The notes below the pieces were generated by a model. It had not been told where the DNA came from and ran no database searches. It saw nothing but the letters and a program-made list of their open reading frames with translations. Source: an uncultured Candidatus Saccharibacteria bacterium (GTDB taxonomy: Bacteria > Patescibacteriota > Minisyncoccia > SW-4-49-11). Taken from it: a stretch of 64,000 nucleotides of DNA. The position numbers were made by a program, and so were the translations under genes. The first letter of the stretch is position 1. Each line of letters begins with the position of its first letter. Shown piece by piece: positions 46,801 to 56,965 of the stretch. Where the stretch lies: the NCBI GenBank assembly GCA_964585065.1, contig CAZPCB010000001.1:14037-78036 (forward strand). The letters are read 5' to 3'.

Positions 46801-47253
46801 ATGCTGTACTTTTGGCTTATCCCTATTATTCCTCTGACCGCAGGTCTTATATATGCTGGGTTTGTAAAAGATATTCTAGAGGAAAAAGGATTATTAAAGT
46901 TAGGACTTCAAAGAAGTGAACTTGCTAAAGTCAATATTGTAAGAGGATTTTTATTATTAGGTATTGTAATATTCCTTATATTTGCAACAGGTAAAAGTCA
47001 GCTTATTATAGGACTTATTGGTATAGTTTTGGGATTTTTGATTATGTTTTTCTCAGAACCCATACATAGAATTTTAGCAACTGGTGGAGGGAGTAATTCA
47101 TCCTTTAGGGGAGATGATAAAATTAAATTGGTTGGTATAGTGATTTGTATTTTGTCAGCTGGTTGGATGTCAGGTATTACACAGGGATTATTGTATGGAT
47201 TTTTAAAAACGGCCAATCTTATTCCATCAAGTGATGTAATAGATTATTATTAG
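46801..47253 (+). CDS. small polytopic membrane protein (hypothetical)
   Basis: 150 aa with 4 TM helices. Start is 3 nt after the upstream stop. Confidence 0.35.
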   Translation: MLYFWLIPIIPLTAGLIYAGFVKDILEEKGLLKLGLQRSELAKVNIVRGFLLLGIVIFLIFATGKSQLIIGLIGIVLGFLIMFFSEPIHRILATGGGSNSSFRGDDKIKLVGIVICILSAGWMSGITQGLLYGFLKTANLIPSSDVIDYY

Positions 47254-47308
47254 GGGTAACACAACATATTGACCGAGTTGTGAAATCTTGCTATACTATT
47301 CTCTAGTT

Positions 47309-47385
47309 GGCCTTGTCGTCTAGTCCGGTCAGGACGCCAGGTTTTCATCCTGGTAACACGGGTTCGAATCCCGTCGAGGCTACCA
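47309..47385 (+). tRNA. tRNA-Glu (anticodon TTC), CCA encoded
   Basis: Manual fold. Acceptor GGCCTTG/CGAGGCT (two G-U pairs). D-arm GTCTAGTCCGGTCAGGAC. Anticodon stem CCAGG/CCTGG with loop TTTTCAT. T-arm ACGGG-TTCGAAT-CCCGT. Discriminator A, then CCA. Confidence 0.8.
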
Positions 47386-47396
47386 ATTACTTTACT

Positions 47397-47469
47397 GCTC
47401 CTGTGGTGAAACTGGATATCACTACGGTCTTCGGAACCGTCATTCGGGGTTCGAACCCCTGCGGGAGCA
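47397..47469 (+). tRNA. tRNA-Arg (anticodon TCG)
   Basis: Manual fold. Acceptor GCTCCTG/CGGGAGC. D-stem GTGA/TCAC. Anticodon stem ACGGT/ACCGT with loop CTTCGGA. T-arm CGGGG-TTCGAAC-CCCTG. Discriminator A. Confidence 0.75.
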
Positions 47470-47609
47470 CAGATAGAAGGAATATGTCAGTGACATATTC
47501 CTATAGGGGTGAGAAAGTCGGAGCCTGGTGTGAGTTTCCCTGAAAGGGAAGGCGAACACGGCGAGACGGGGTCGCGAGAATTTACCGTCAGGGAAATTAC
47601 TTGTGACCG

Positions 47610-47632
47610 AACCCCTGCGGGAGCACAAGATA
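47610..47632 (+). repeat. direct repeat of the tRNA-Arg 3' end ('cgaacccctgcgggagcaca'), att-like
   Basis: An exact 20-nt copy of tRNA-Arg positions 47450-47472 recurs 160 bp downstream. Confidence 0.7.
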
Positions 47633-47699
47633 TATTTTCATCATCTTTAGTTTGAGGTAATATTAATTTTGCTTGGTACAAATTTAAAATCTATACTGT

Positions 47700-47785
47700 C
47701 CCTCGCTGGCGAGGGAGGAACACATAGTGGTGGGTATGGATTTCTTTGTCATAGTCCTCCTCCGACCTGACGGCCACCTCCCCCA
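47700..47785. repeat. GC-rich palindromic repeats: module 2 ('ccctcgctggcgaggg', 47700-47715) and inverted module 3 (47745-47785)
   Basis: 47745-47785 is the reverse complement of the 7287-7326 element at about 85% identity. Module 2 matches 3002-3017. Confidence 0.7.
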
Positions 47786-47817
47786 AGGGAGGACAATAAG
47801 GAGGTGTATCTATATAT

Positions 47818-47846
47818 TTGACTTTATGCACAAAAAGGTGTATAAT
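47818..47846 (+). promoter_or_regulatory. sigma70-type promoter candidate for rpoBC (TTGACT-17-TATAAT)
   Basis: TTGACT at 47818-47823, a 17-nt spacer, TATAAT at 47841-47846. Lies 176 bp upstream of the rpoB start. Confidence 0.5.
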
Positions 47847-48022
47847 ATTTGCAACGGATGAGTGATGACGAGTGAGACTTTATTGGATTGGCTATCAAAT
47901 AATGATGATACAGATACATATTGCTTAGTAAAAAAGAGAGTAATGGATTTTCCATTGCTTATTTTATGCGTTTATAAGTAAGTCCGAACAAGTCCTCATC
48001 AAAGCACTATTAGATTAAGTAT

Positions 48023-51000
48023 ATGCATATGGCAAAAAATCAGAGAGTTTTCTTTAAGCCCACTATTGATCTCGAGTTACCAAATCTTATTGAGCCGCAA
48101 TTAGCATCATATAAATGGTTTTTACAAGAGGGGCTTCGTGACCTCTTTGAAGAGCATTATCCAGTATTGGACTGGACAGGTACTGAATATCGATTAGAAT
48201 TTGTAGGATATCGATTGGATGAGCCAAAACTTTCTGAAGTACAATCCCGTGTAAAGAATATCACTTTTGAAGCTCCACTTAGAGCTAAAATTACGTTAAT
48301 TAATAATACAACGAATAAAAAAGTTACTCAAGAAGTATTTCTTGGAGATGTTCCTTTAATGACTGAGAGAGGTACATTTATTATTAATGGTACAGAGCGA
48401 GTTATTATTGCTCAAATTTTGCGTTCACCTGGAGTATTCTTTACTGAGAATATTTCTCGAGATAAGAGATATTTTGGAGCTAAGCTTATCCCTACTCGTG
48501 GAGCTTGGATTGAAATTGAAACAGATGGAGCTGGAGTTATGTGGGTGAAAATTGATCGTAAGCGTAAAGTTGCTCTTACTTCTCTTTTGCGTGCCTTTGG
48601 ACTCGGTAAAGATAATGAACTTATTTCAACTTTTGCTGATGTTGATACGGGTAAAGTGAAATTCATCAAAGAAACTATTGCAAAAGATGCTGCTCGTGAT
48701 CAAAAATCAGGATTTGTAGAAGTGTATCGAAGAATTCGACCAGGAGATTTAGCCACCGATGATAATGCTAAACAATTAATTGAAGGAATGTTCTTTAATT
48801 TTAGTCGTTATGATCTCGGTAAAGTTGGGCGATATAAAGTAAATAATCGAATAGGAGTTGATTTAACAGAAGATCCAAAGCATAGAATTTTACAAATTGA
48901 TGATTTTATTAAAATTGTAAAAGAAATTATTCGTCTTAATAATGACCCACAGGCTATGCCTGATGATATCGATAATCTTAGCAATCGACGTATTCGATTA
49001 ATTGGAGAATTAGTACAAGAACGAGCTCGAGTTGGATTTGCTCGAATGGAAAAAATTGTAAAAGATAGAATGAGTACAGCTGATCCACAAACAATTACCC
49101 CTACGAGTGTAATTAATGCACGACCCCTAGTAGCTGCTATCCATGAATTTTTCTCTTCAAGTCAATTGTCTCAGTACATGGATCAGATTAATACCTTATC
49201 AGAATTAGAGCATAAGCGAAGAGTATCTGCTTTAGGGCCAAATGGACTTGCTCGAGACCGAGCTGGATTTGAGGTTCGAGATGTTCATCCTACCCATTTC
49301 GGGCGTATTTGTCCTATTGCGACACCTGAAGGACCTAATATTGGGCTTATTGGTCAATTAGCTACCTATGCACATATTAATGAATATGGATTCTTAGAAA
49401 CCCCATTCAGAAAAGTAGTGAAAGGAAAAGTTACCGATGAAGTAATATTCTTTGATGCAGCTGAGGAGAAGAAATATGTTATTGCATCCGCAGTAGTAGA
49501 CCTCGATGATAATGGGCTCATTATTAATGAGCGTGTTATTGCACGAAAAGACAGTAATGTGATTATTGTTGAGAGAGATGAAATTGAATTTATCAATGTA
49601 TCTCCAAAGCAATTGATTTCTGTGTCTACATCTCTTATTCCATTTGTTGAGCATAATGACTCAGCTAGAGCTTTGATGGGTTCAAACATGCAGAAGCAGG
49701 GAGTTCCTTCTATTAAAAGTGATTCTCCAATTGTAGGAACTGGTATGGAGCGAGAAGCAGCTCGATATAGTGGTCAAATTATTGTAGCTCCAGAAGATGG
49801 AAGTATTATTGAAGCTGATGCTGCTCATATTCTCTTTGAGGCAACAAAGTCAAAGAAGAGAACTTTATTTGAATTAACCAAATTCTTAAAGTCTAATGCA
49901 TATACTAGTGTTAATCAAAAAATACGATGTATTCCTGGACAAAAAGTAAAAAGAGGTGATCTTCTTGCCGATGGTTCATCTATGCAAAATGGAGAATTAG
50001 CTCTTGGACAAAACTTGAGAGTAGGATTTATGTCTTATGAAGGAAATAACTTTGAGGATGCTATTATCTTGTCAGATCGTCTTGTAAAAGAAGATGTATT
50101 TACCTCGGTACATATTGAAGATTTCTCAGTAGATGTATCAGATACTCGACTTGGAGAAGAACAAGTTACTCGAGATATTCCTAATGTTTCAGAAGAAAGA
50201 CTCAAAGATTTAGATGCTGAAGGTATTGTAAGAATTGGAGCAACGGTAAAGCCAGGAAATATTCTTGTTGGAAAAATTAGTCCTAAGGGAGAAACTGATT
50301 TGACAGCAGAAGAGCGATTGCTCCGAGTGATTTTTGGTGAAAAATCTCGAGAAGTAAAGGATTCTTCTCTCAAAATGCCAAATGGTCATCAAGGAAAAGT
50401 TGTGGAAGTAAGAATATTTACTCGAGCAAATGGAGATAAGCTTCCAAGTGGAGTTATCAAGAGAGTTCAAGTAAGTATTGCTCATCTAAGAAAAGTAAGT
50501 GTTGGAGATAAATTAGCTGGACGACATGGAAATAAGGGAGTTATTGCAAAAATTCTTCCACAAGAAGATATGCCATTCTCAGCTGATGGAACTCCACTTG
50601 ATATTCTCTTGACACCACTTGGTATTGCATCTCGTATGAATCTTGGTCAAGTATATGAAACTCATCTTGGACTTGCAGTTTCTGCTCTTGGATTAAAAGT
50701 TGCAAGCCCTGCTCTTGATGGAGTAAGTCTTGATAAGATTAAAGAATTACTTCGAGAAGCAAATCTTCCTGAAGATGGAAAAATTCAATTATTTGATGGA
50801 AAAACTGGAGATGCTTATCTTGAAAAGACTACAGTTGGAGTTATGTATGTAATGAAATTGAACCATTTAATTGAAGATAAGCTTCATATGCGATCTACTG
50901 GTCCTTATTCTCTTATTACACAGCAACCTCTAGGAGGAAAAGCTCAAATGGGAGGACAGAGACTGGGAGAAATGGAAGTATGGGCATTCGAAGGATATGG

Positions 51001-51211
51001 AGCTTCTCATATGCTTCAAGAAATGTTGACCATTAAATCTGATGATGTGATTGGACGATCTCGTGCCTATGAGTCAATCATTAAGGGAGAAAAAATTCAA
51101 GCTCCGTATATTCCTTCATCATTCCACGTATTGGTAAATGAATTAAAGGGACTTGGAATTAATGTTGCTCTCAAGAATGCCAAGACAATAGTTGAGTCAG
51201 ACGAAGAATAA
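48023..51211 (+). CDS. rpoB: DNA-directed RNA polymerase subunit beta
   Basis: 1062 aa with conserved regions throughout, including 'GDKLAGRHGNKGVI' and 'NLGQVYETHLG'. Confidence 0.95.
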   Translation: MHMAKNQRVFFKPTIDLELPNLIEPQLASYKWFLQEGLRDLFEEHYPVLDWTGTEYRLEFVGYRLDEPKLSEVQSRVKNITFEAPLRAKITLINNTTNKKVTQEVFLGDVPLMTERGTFIINGTERVIIAQILRSPGVFFTENISRDKRYFGAKLIPTRGAWIEIETDGAGVMWVKIDRKRKVALTSLLRAFGLGKDNELISTFADVDTGKVKFIKETIAKDAARDQKSGFVEVYRRIRPGDLATDDNAKQLIEGMFFNFSRYDLGKVGRYKVNNRIGVDLTEDPKHRILQIDDFIKIVKEIIRLNNDPQAMPDDIDNLSNRRIRLIGELVQERARVGFARMEKIVKDRMSTADPQTITPTSVINARPLVAAIHEFFSSSQLSQYMDQINTLSELEHKRRVSALGPNGLARDRAGFEVRDVHPTHFGRICPIATPEGPNIGLIGQLATYAHINEYGFLETPFRKVVKGKVTDEVIFFDAAEEKKYVIASAVVDLDDNGLIINERVIARKDSNVIIVERDEIEFINVSPKQLISVSTSLIPFVEHNDSARALMGSNMQKQGVPSIKSDSPIVGTGMEREAARYSGQIIVAPEDGSIIEADAAHILFEATKSKKRTLFELTKFLKSNAYTSVNQKIRCIPGQKVKRGDLLADGSSMQNGELALGQNLRVGFMSYEGNNFEDAIILSDRLVKEDVFTSVHIEDFSVDVSDTRLGEEQVTRDIPNVSEERLKDLDAEGIVRIGATVKPGNILVGKISPKGETDLTAEERLLRVIFGEKSREVKDSSLKMPNGHQGKVVEVRIFTRANGDKLPSGVIKRVQVSIAHLRKVSVGDKLAGRHGNKGVIAKILPQEDMPFSADGTPLDILLTPLGIASRMNLGQVYETHLGLAVSALGLKVASPALDGVSLDKIKELLREANLPEDGKIQLFDGKTGDAYLEKTTVGVMYVMKLNHLIEDKLHMRSTGPYSLITQQPLGGKAQMGGQRLGEMEVWAFEGYGASHMLQEMLTIKSDDVIGRSRAYESIIKGEKIQAPYIPSSFHVLVNELKGLGINVALKNAKTIVESDEE

Positions 51212-51234
51212 TCATCATTTAATACGATATCTCT

Positions 51235-54200
51235 ATGAATAATCAAATCACCCCAAACAATGAGAAAGAGACTATATCTATGAATGTAGTTGACTTCGAT
51301 TCTATACAATTAACTCTAGCTTCTCCTGAAGATATTCTTGCATGGTCATCTGGAGAAGTTACAAAACCTGAAACTATCAATTATCGAACTCAGAAAGCTG
51401 AGAAAGATGGTTTATTTTCAGAAAAAATCTTCGGACCAGTAAGAGATTATGAATGTTCTTGTGGAAAATATCGACGAATTCGATATAAGGGAATTATTTG
51501 TGATAAATGTGGAGTTGAAGTTACCAAATCTTCAGTTCGAAGAGAGAGAATGGCTCATATTGAACTTGCTATTCCGGTTGCACATATTTGGTTTTTGCGA
51601 AATATTCCAAGCCGAATTGCTTTAATCTTAAATCAAACATTATCTGATGTTGAAAAGGTAGTATATTATTCTAGCTATATCATTACTGAAGTTGATGAGA
51701 ATCTAAAAAAAGATTATATCAAACAAGTTGAAGCAGAATATAAGCATAAGCTTAATGATTTAGGTACTCGTGGTAATGATAGTGATCAGGCTCTACAAGA
51801 ATTGCTTGATTCTAAGCAACAGAATTTAGATTTCCTTGCTACTCTTGAGAAATGGAATATTATTTCAGAAATTGATTATCGTTTGATGTCAATGAAATTT
51901 GCTCCTGTATTCAAGGCTGAGACAGGTTCTGCTGTACTTCGTACTATTTTTGCTGGAATTGATCTTGAGACAGAACTTAAGAATTTGGAAAAAGAATTAG
52001 AAGTTGCTGATGGTATCAAAGCTCAGAAAATTATCAAGAAAATTCGATTCTTGGGAGGATTACATCAGGCTCATGTTCGACCCGAATGGATGTTCCTTAC
52101 TCATCTTCCTGTTATACCACCAGACCTACGGCCAATGGTGGCTCTTGATGGAGGACGATTTGCAACGTCAGATCTTAATGATTTGTATCGACGTGTAATT
52201 AATCGAAATAATCGATTAAAGAAATTGATGTCACAAAGAGCTCCTGAGGTAATTGTACGAAATGAAAAGAGAATGTTGCAAGAAGCAGTAGATGCTCTTA
52301 TTGATAATTCAATGCGCAAGGGTCAATCTACAACAGTAGCTTCAACAGGACAAAAGAGAGTATTGAAATCTCTTGCCGATTCTCTTAAAGGAAAGCAAGG
52401 ACGATTCCGACAAAATCTTCTTGGAAAGCGTGTAGATTATTCTGCTCGATCAGTAATTGTGGTAGGACCTAATCTCAAGATTAATGAGTGTGGAATTCCA
52501 AAGACGATGGCTCTTGAATTATTCAAACCATTTATCATCAATAGATTGATAGAAGATGAATATGCTCATAATATTCGAAGCGCAACACGATTAATAGAAC
52601 AAGGATTAGATGTTGTTTGGGATATTCTTGATGATGTTATTGAACATCGATATGTTCTCTTGAACCGAGCACCTACTCTTCATAGATTGAGTATTCAAGC
52701 TTTCAAACCAGTTTTGATTGAAGGAAAGGCTATTCAATTAAATCCTATGGTATGTAGCCCATTCAATGCTGATTTCGATGGAGATCAAATGGCGGTACAT
52801 GTACCTCTATCTGAGGAAGCTGTACGAGAAGCAGGAGAATTGATGATATCTGATCATAACTTGATTAAACCTTCAGATGGAAGTCCTTCTTCAGCACCAT
52901 CACAAGATATGGTATTGGGAATTTATTATACTACGGTTGCTGATGAGAGCGATAAGCCTGTTCAAGTATTCAGAAACTTTGATGAGGCTGTAACCGCTTA
53001 TGACCATAAGCAAATTACTCTAAGAGAATTAGTAGAAATTCGCAATGAAGTAAAAGTTGGAAATACTCCTATCAAAACAACAGTTGGGCGAATTTCATTT
53101 AATGAAATATTGCCAGAAGGATTTGAATATGTAAATGAAGTAGTTGGTAAAAAACAGCTGAAGAATCTCTTGAATAAAGCTTTATATGAATTCACTCAAC
53201 CACAAGTAGGGGAATTCCTAGATAGAATTAAGAAATTTGGATTTGCTGAAATGACTCGATCAGGATTATCTTGGGCTATTAGTGACTTCACCGTTTCTGA
53301 TAAAAAAGATAAGCTTATTACCAATGCCCAAAATAGTGTTGAGGAGGTAACCAATCAATTCGAAGATGGATTATTGACCGAAAAAGAACGATATGCTCAA
53401 ATTGTGGATGTATGGAGCAAGGCTTCTATTGAAATTGGAGCATTAGTACGATCAGAAGTTGATGTAAAAGGACCGGTATTTTCTATGATTGACTCTGGAG
53501 CTCGAGGATCTTGGGGACAATTAAATCAGATGGCAGGAATGAAAGGATTGGTGGTATCTCCATCAGGAAAAATTATTGAAACTCCGATTACATCTAGTTT
53601 CCTCAAGGGTCTTACTGAATTAGAATATTTCATTTCTACTCATGGAGCTCGAAAAGGACTTGTAGATACCGCTTTGAAGACAGCTACATCTGGATATCTT
53701 ACTCGACGATTAGTAGATGTAAATCAAGATATTGTGGTAAAAGAATCAGATTGTGGAGATACAACTGGACTCGTATTATCACGTAGGGACGCTGAAGAAG
53801 CAGGGGATAGCTTTACTAATTTCATATTCGGACGAAAAACTGTAGATGATATTGTAAATCCCGAGACTAAGAAGACAATTGTAAAGGCAGGAGAATTCAT
53901 TACTCATGCTGAAGCTGAAACTATTGATACACTTGGTATTGATAATGTAAGAATCAGAAGCTTGGTAAGTTGTAAAACCATTAGAGGAGTATGTCAATCT
54001 TGTTATGGAATTGATCTCGGGCGTAATGCAATTGTAAAAATTGGAGAAGCAGTAGGAATTGTTACTGCCCAAGCTATTGGAGAACCTGCAACACAGTTGA
54101 CTATGCGTACTTTCCATCAAGGAGGTTCAGCTGGGGCTGCTGATGTTACTAAGGGACTTCCACGAGTAGAAGAAGTATTCGAAGCTCGTAATCCAAAAAC

Positions 54201-54870
54201 TCAAGCTATGATGTCAACTGTAGCAGGAACTGTCGTAGATGTGATTGAAACAGCTGGAGAAATTCGAATTAAGATTAAGACGAATGAATCTAAAGAAGCT
54301 AAGAAGTCAAAAGCAGATATCAAGGAACTTGTGGCTGATCCAGTAGTAGATATTGTACTTGTGAAAGTAGGTGATAAGATTGAAGTAGGACAACCAATTA
54401 CAGAGGGACATCTTGATCTTGAAAAACTCTATAAGCATGCAGGTATTGATACCTTAACTCGATATATAATTCAGCAAATTCTTGAAATTTATAATTCTCA
54501 AGGAGCTGGAATCGCTATCAAGCATGTTGAGATGATTGTAAGACAAATGACTTCACGCTATATGGTGACAGAACCAGGAAAATCTACTTACTTGAAGGGA
54601 CAAACCATTACTCGTGATCAACTTCTTGAATTCAATCGATCCACTGAGAATAAAGATGACTTGATACAAGTAGATCCTCTATTGCAAGGTATTACCAAGG
54701 TTGCTCTTAATACTGAAAGTTTCTTATCAGCTGCATCTTTCCAAAATACCACCAAGGTATTAATTGATGCTGCCTTATTCGGAAAAGAAGATCATTTGAG
54801 AGGACTAAAAGAGAATGTCATTATTGGAAGACTTATTCCAGCCGGAACTGGATTTGAATCCGAGAGATAG
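51235..54870 (+). CDS. rpoC: DNA-directed RNA polymerase subunit beta'
   Basis: Zinc finger '[23 protein letters not shown]', catalytic '[12 protein letters not shown]' and the trigger-loop region. 1211 aa. Confidence 0.95.
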   Translation: MNNQITPNNEKETISMNVVDFDSIQLTLASPEDILAWSSGEVTKPETINYRTQKAEKDGLFSEKIFGPVRDYECSCGKYRRIRYKGIICDKCGVEVTKSSVRRERMAHIELAIPVAHIWFLRNIPSRIALILNQTLSDVEKVVYYSSYIITEVDENLKKDYIKQVEAEYKHKLNDLGTRGNDSDQALQELLDSKQQNLDFLATLEKWNIISEIDYRLMSMKFAPVFKAETGSAVLRTIFAGIDLETELKNLEKELEVADGIKAQKIIKKIRFLGGLHQAHVRPEWMFLTHLPVIPPDLRPMVALDGGRFATSDLNDLYRRVINRNNRLKKLMSQRAPEVIVRNEKRMLQEAVDALIDNSMRKGQSTTVASTGQKRVLKSLADSLKGKQGRFRQNLLGKRVDYSARSVIVVGPNLKINECGIPKTMALELFKPFIINRLIEDEYAHNIRSATRLIEQGLDVVWDILDDVIEHRYVLLNRAPTLHRLSIQAFKPVLIEGKAIQLNPMVCSPFNADFDGDQMAVHVPLSEEAVREAGELMISDHNLIKPSDGSPSSAPSQDMVLGIYYTTVADESDKPVQVFRNFDEAVTAYDHKQITLRELVEIRNEVKVGNTPIKTTVGRISFNEILPEGFEYVNEVVGKKQLKNLLNKALYEFTQPQVGEFLDRIKKFGFAEMTRSGLSWAISDFTVSDKKDKLITNAQNSVEEVTNQFEDGLLTEKERYAQIVDVWSKASIEIGALVRSEVDVKGPVFSMIDSGARGSWGQLNQMAGMKGLVVSPSGKIIETPITSSFLKGLTELEYFISTHGARKGLVDTALKTATSGYLTRRLVDVNQDIVVKESDCGDTTGLVLSRRDAEEAGDSFTNFIFGRKTVDDIVNPETKKTIVKAGEFITHAEAETIDTLGIDNVRIRSLVSCKTIRGVCQSCYGIDLGRNAIVKIGEAVGIVTAQAIGEPATQLTMRTFHQGGSAGAADVTKGLPRVEEVFEARNPKTQAMMSTVAGTVVDVIETAGEIRIKIKTNESKEAKKSKADIKELVADPVVDIVLVKVGDKIEVGQPITEGHLDLEKLYKHAGIDTLTRYIIQQILEIYNSQGAGIAIKHVEMIVRQMTSRYMVTEPGKSTYLKGQTITRDQLLEFNRSTENKDDLIQVDPLLQGITKVALNTESFLSAASFQNTTKVLIDAALFGKEDHLRGLKENVIIGRLIPAGTGFESER

Positions 54871-54933
54871 TCTTTGCAGAATATGTTTTCTCATGTATAC
54901 TAATACTATACATATCAATAAAATAAAAAGAGC

Positions 54934-55722
54934 ATGAATCGAAGAGCTATTATTATTTGGGGAATTGTAGGGTTAATAGCTATTATTGGTATTATCTTAA
55001 CCTATATTCTCCTACGTAATAATGGCTCTTCGAGTACTAATAATGCTAATCAACAAACAGCCCAAAACCCTATTAATAGAAATTCAGAGAATGCTAATGG
55101 CTCAGCTAATTCCGGAGAAAATCAGGTATTACCCGAACCAGCACAATCGAACTATTTACCAGAAGACTATAGTCAATATGAAGTAGCAGGATTGCCAAGT
55201 ATTGAGTTGAAAGCTAAACTACAACTAGATAATAAAAACTCTGTTACAGATTATATTTACTCAAGAGTAAATGCTATCGCTCTTACCTATGAAAAAGAAA
55301 GTATTATTGATAAAAAAGTAGTATATGTAAGAGTTCTTGATACCAAGATTTATTTATCACTCTCAGAAGACGCTATTAAATCAGGCCAATCAATAGAAAT
55401 TATTAATATAGATTCAGATAAGCGATTTAATACTATTCCAGATATTATTGCCATTCAATTATTAACTCCAATACAGAATACAAATTGTCAAATAATAGAA
55501 AAAGATGGTAAATATAGTGTTATTGCTAAAGATACTAAAGTAACAGATTCCACAGCAATTTGTGGTAAATATGCTAAGGGGAATAATAGATTCTTTATCA
55601 AGCCTCAAGAAGAGGGAACTGCAACCAATAAATTAGTATTTGTGACTGCAGGGGATAGGGAGCTTAGTTATGATGGAAGTAATAATGGTAAATTCTGGTA
55701 TCAGTCTGTAGTTGTGGAATAA
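54934..55722 (+). CDS. membrane-anchored hypothetical protein
   Basis: N-terminal TM 'AIIIWGIVGLIAIIGIILTYILL', then an Asn/Ser-rich linker. 262 aa. Confidence 0.4.
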   Translation: MNRRAIIIWGIVGLIAIIGIILTYILLRNNGSSSTNNANQQTAQNPINRNSENANGSANSGENQVLPEPAQSNYLPEDYSQYEVAGLPSIELKAKLQLDNKNSVTDYIYSRVNAIALTYEKESIIDKKVVYVRVLDTKIYLSLSEDAIKSGQSIEIINIDSDKRFNTIPDIIAIQLLTPIQNTNCQIIEKDGKYSVIAKDTKVTDSTAICGKYAKGNNRFFIKPQEEGTATNKLVFVTAGDRELSYDGSNNGKFWYQSVVVE

Positions 55723-55769
55723 ACTTTGACAAAAAGAGTATTTTAGTATATAATTCTACAAGACTGTGC

Positions 55770-55842
55770 GCCGATATAGCTCAGTTGGTAGAGCGCACCC
55801 ATGGTAAGGGTGAGGTCATCAGTTCAATCCTGATTATCGGCT
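55770..55842 (+). tRNA. tRNA-Thr (anticodon GGT)
   Basis: Manual fold. Acceptor GCCGATA/TATCGGC. D-arm GCTCAGTTGGTAGAGC. Anticodon stem CACCC/GGGTG with loop ATGGTAA. T-arm ATCAG-TTCAATC-CTGAT. Discriminator T. Confidence 0.8.
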
Positions 55843-55868
55843 CCCCCAAATTATATAATGATATTACT

Positions 55869-56027
55869 ATGAGTCAAGATAATTTAATCAAATTACAGTG
55901 TACAGAAACCGGTAAAATCGGTTATTATACACGTAAGAATAAGAAGAAAAATACCGAAAAATTAGAGTTAAAGAAATTTAATTCTGATTTACGACGACAT
56001 ACTCTTCATCGAGAAATGAAGAAATAA
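55869..56027 (+). CDS. rpmG: 50S ribosomal protein L33
   Basis: 'LQCTETGKIGYYTRKNKKKNTEKLELKKFNSDLRRHTLHREMK' matches L33 (C-x2-C-type variant with degenerate downstream cysteines). The ORF track fuses it to the upstream tRNA; real ATG at 55869. Confidence 0.8.
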   Translation: MSQDNLIKLQCTETGKIGYYTRKNKKKNTEKLELKKFNSDLRRHTLHREMKK

Positions 56028-56040
56028 TACACCTAATAAA

Positions 56041-56060
56041 AAGGAGCTAATTAGCTCCTT
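56041..56060. terminator. bidirectional terminator hairpin ('aaggagctaattagctcctt')
   Basis: Perfect 8-bp stem with a 4-nt loop, A-run upstream and T-run downstream, between convergent rpmG and the fur-family gene. Confidence 0.6.
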
Positions 56061-56061
56061 T

Positions 56062-56481
56062 TTATTTTTGGCAAGATTTGCATATGCCTTGTATTTCAAA
56101 GGAATGGGATATAGGCTTTCCAATATGAGCTATTGAGCTTAATAGGGGATCAATGAGGCATTCATCAATATCAATTATGGTATCGCATTCAGAGCAAGTA
56201 AAATGATGATGATGAGGTAAAAATTGAGATGATAATTCATAGGAAGTCGCTTTCTCTCTATAAATAGCATCTACTAATTGAATACTATGAAGTTTTTCTA
56301 GAATACGATGAATTGTGGATAAGTCAATTGATTTATGATTATCTTTTAATTGAGTATAAATAGTTTTAGCTTCTATAGGTGTTTTACTTTTAATGATAAT
56401 ATCAATCACATCTCTCATATGCTGAGTTAAGCGAATATGCGACTTTTGAATATAGATGTATATCTTATCATTAATAGACAT
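56062..56481 (-). CDS. Fur-family transcriptional regulator (Fur/Zur/PerR)
   Basis: Winged-helix N-terminus. 'HHHHFTCSECDTII...ICKSCQ' is the HHHH plus CxxC...CxxC metal-site arrangement of the Fur family. Confidence 0.8.
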   Translation of the reverse strand: MSINDKIYIYIQKSHIRLTQHMRDVIDIIIKSKTPIEAKTIYTQLKDNHKSIDLSTIHRILEKLHSIQLVDAIYREKATSYELSSQFLPHHHHFTCSECDTIIDIDECLIDPLLSSIAHIGKPISHSFEIQGICKSCQK

Positions 56482-56494
56482 AGAGTTGAATTAT

Positions 56495-56569
56495 TGGCAG
56501 GCACAGTAGGAATCGAACCTACGACGATGGTTTTGGAGACCATTGTTATACCATTTAACTATGCGCCTA
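56495..56569 (-). tRNA. tRNA-Trp (anticodon CCA)
   Basis: Reverse complement folds as follows. Acceptor AGGCGCA/TGTGCCT (one G-U). D-stem GTTA/TAAC. Anticodon stem ATGGT/ACCAT with loop CTCCAAA. T-arm GTAGG-TTCGATT-CCTAC. Discriminator G, then CCA. Confidence 0.8.
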
Positions 56570-56676
56570 AGTTATTACATTATATCTATAAACGCCAATT
56601 TTTGCAATATTATGAATGATATATATTGTAGATAAAATTCTAGTTATGTAGGGGGGAACCTTTTAGGTGTAAGTAT

Positions 56677-56786
56677 TCCACCCCACCCCATGGGCACCCC
56701 TCAAGAGGGGAATTTTTCGTACAGGACATTGGTATATATTCCCCTCTTGAGGGGTGGTCACTCTCATACTTTTGTATGGGAGTGGA
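56677..56786. repeat. GC-rich long inverted-repeat element (module 1 pair plus outer arms), second copy of the 3091-3210 element in opposite orientation
   Basis: 'cacccctcaagaggggaat' at 56695-56713, 'attcccctcttgaggggtgg' at 56738-56757. Outer arms 'tccaccccacccca' and 'gacggggtgga'. The spacer is the reverse complement of the 3134-3166 spacer. Confidence 0.7.
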
Positions 56787-56867
56787 CGGGGTGGATAGAA
56801 AAGCGAGGTATATATTATTGACATCAAAACATATATTTGATACTATTAGATAGTAGTTATACATAAA

Positions 56868-56940
56868 GCGGGTATCGTATAAAGGCTAATTATCTCTGCC
56901 TTCCAAGCAGATGATGAGGGTTCGAATCCCTCTACCCGCT
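56868..56940 (+). tRNA. tRNA-Gly (anticodon TCC)
   Basis: Manual fold. Acceptor GCGGGTA/TACCCGC. Anticodon stem TCTGC/GCAGA with loop CTTCCAA. T-arm GAGGG-TTCGAAT-CCCTC. Discriminator T. The D-stem is imperfect. Confidence 0.7.
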
Positions 56941-56965
56941 CATTCATAAATAGTAAAAAATTAAA

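Noticed and set aside
47307-47543. 78-aa ORF 'MALSSSPVRTPGFHPGNTG...'
   Set aside because: It is a read-through translation of tRNA-Glu, tRNA-Arg and the downstream repeat. GC-rich RNA genes often give spurious ORFs.
47470-47630. tmRNA or RNase P RNA candidate after tRNA-Arg ('gagaaagtcggagcc' resembles the RNase P P4 'GGAAAGUCCGGGCUCC'; tRNA-like end duplicated)
   Set aside because: The segment is only about 160 nt, far too short for either RNA. It lacks the tmRNA Ala-type acceptor (G3-U70) and a tag reading frame. It was kept as an att-like or structured-repeat observation instead.
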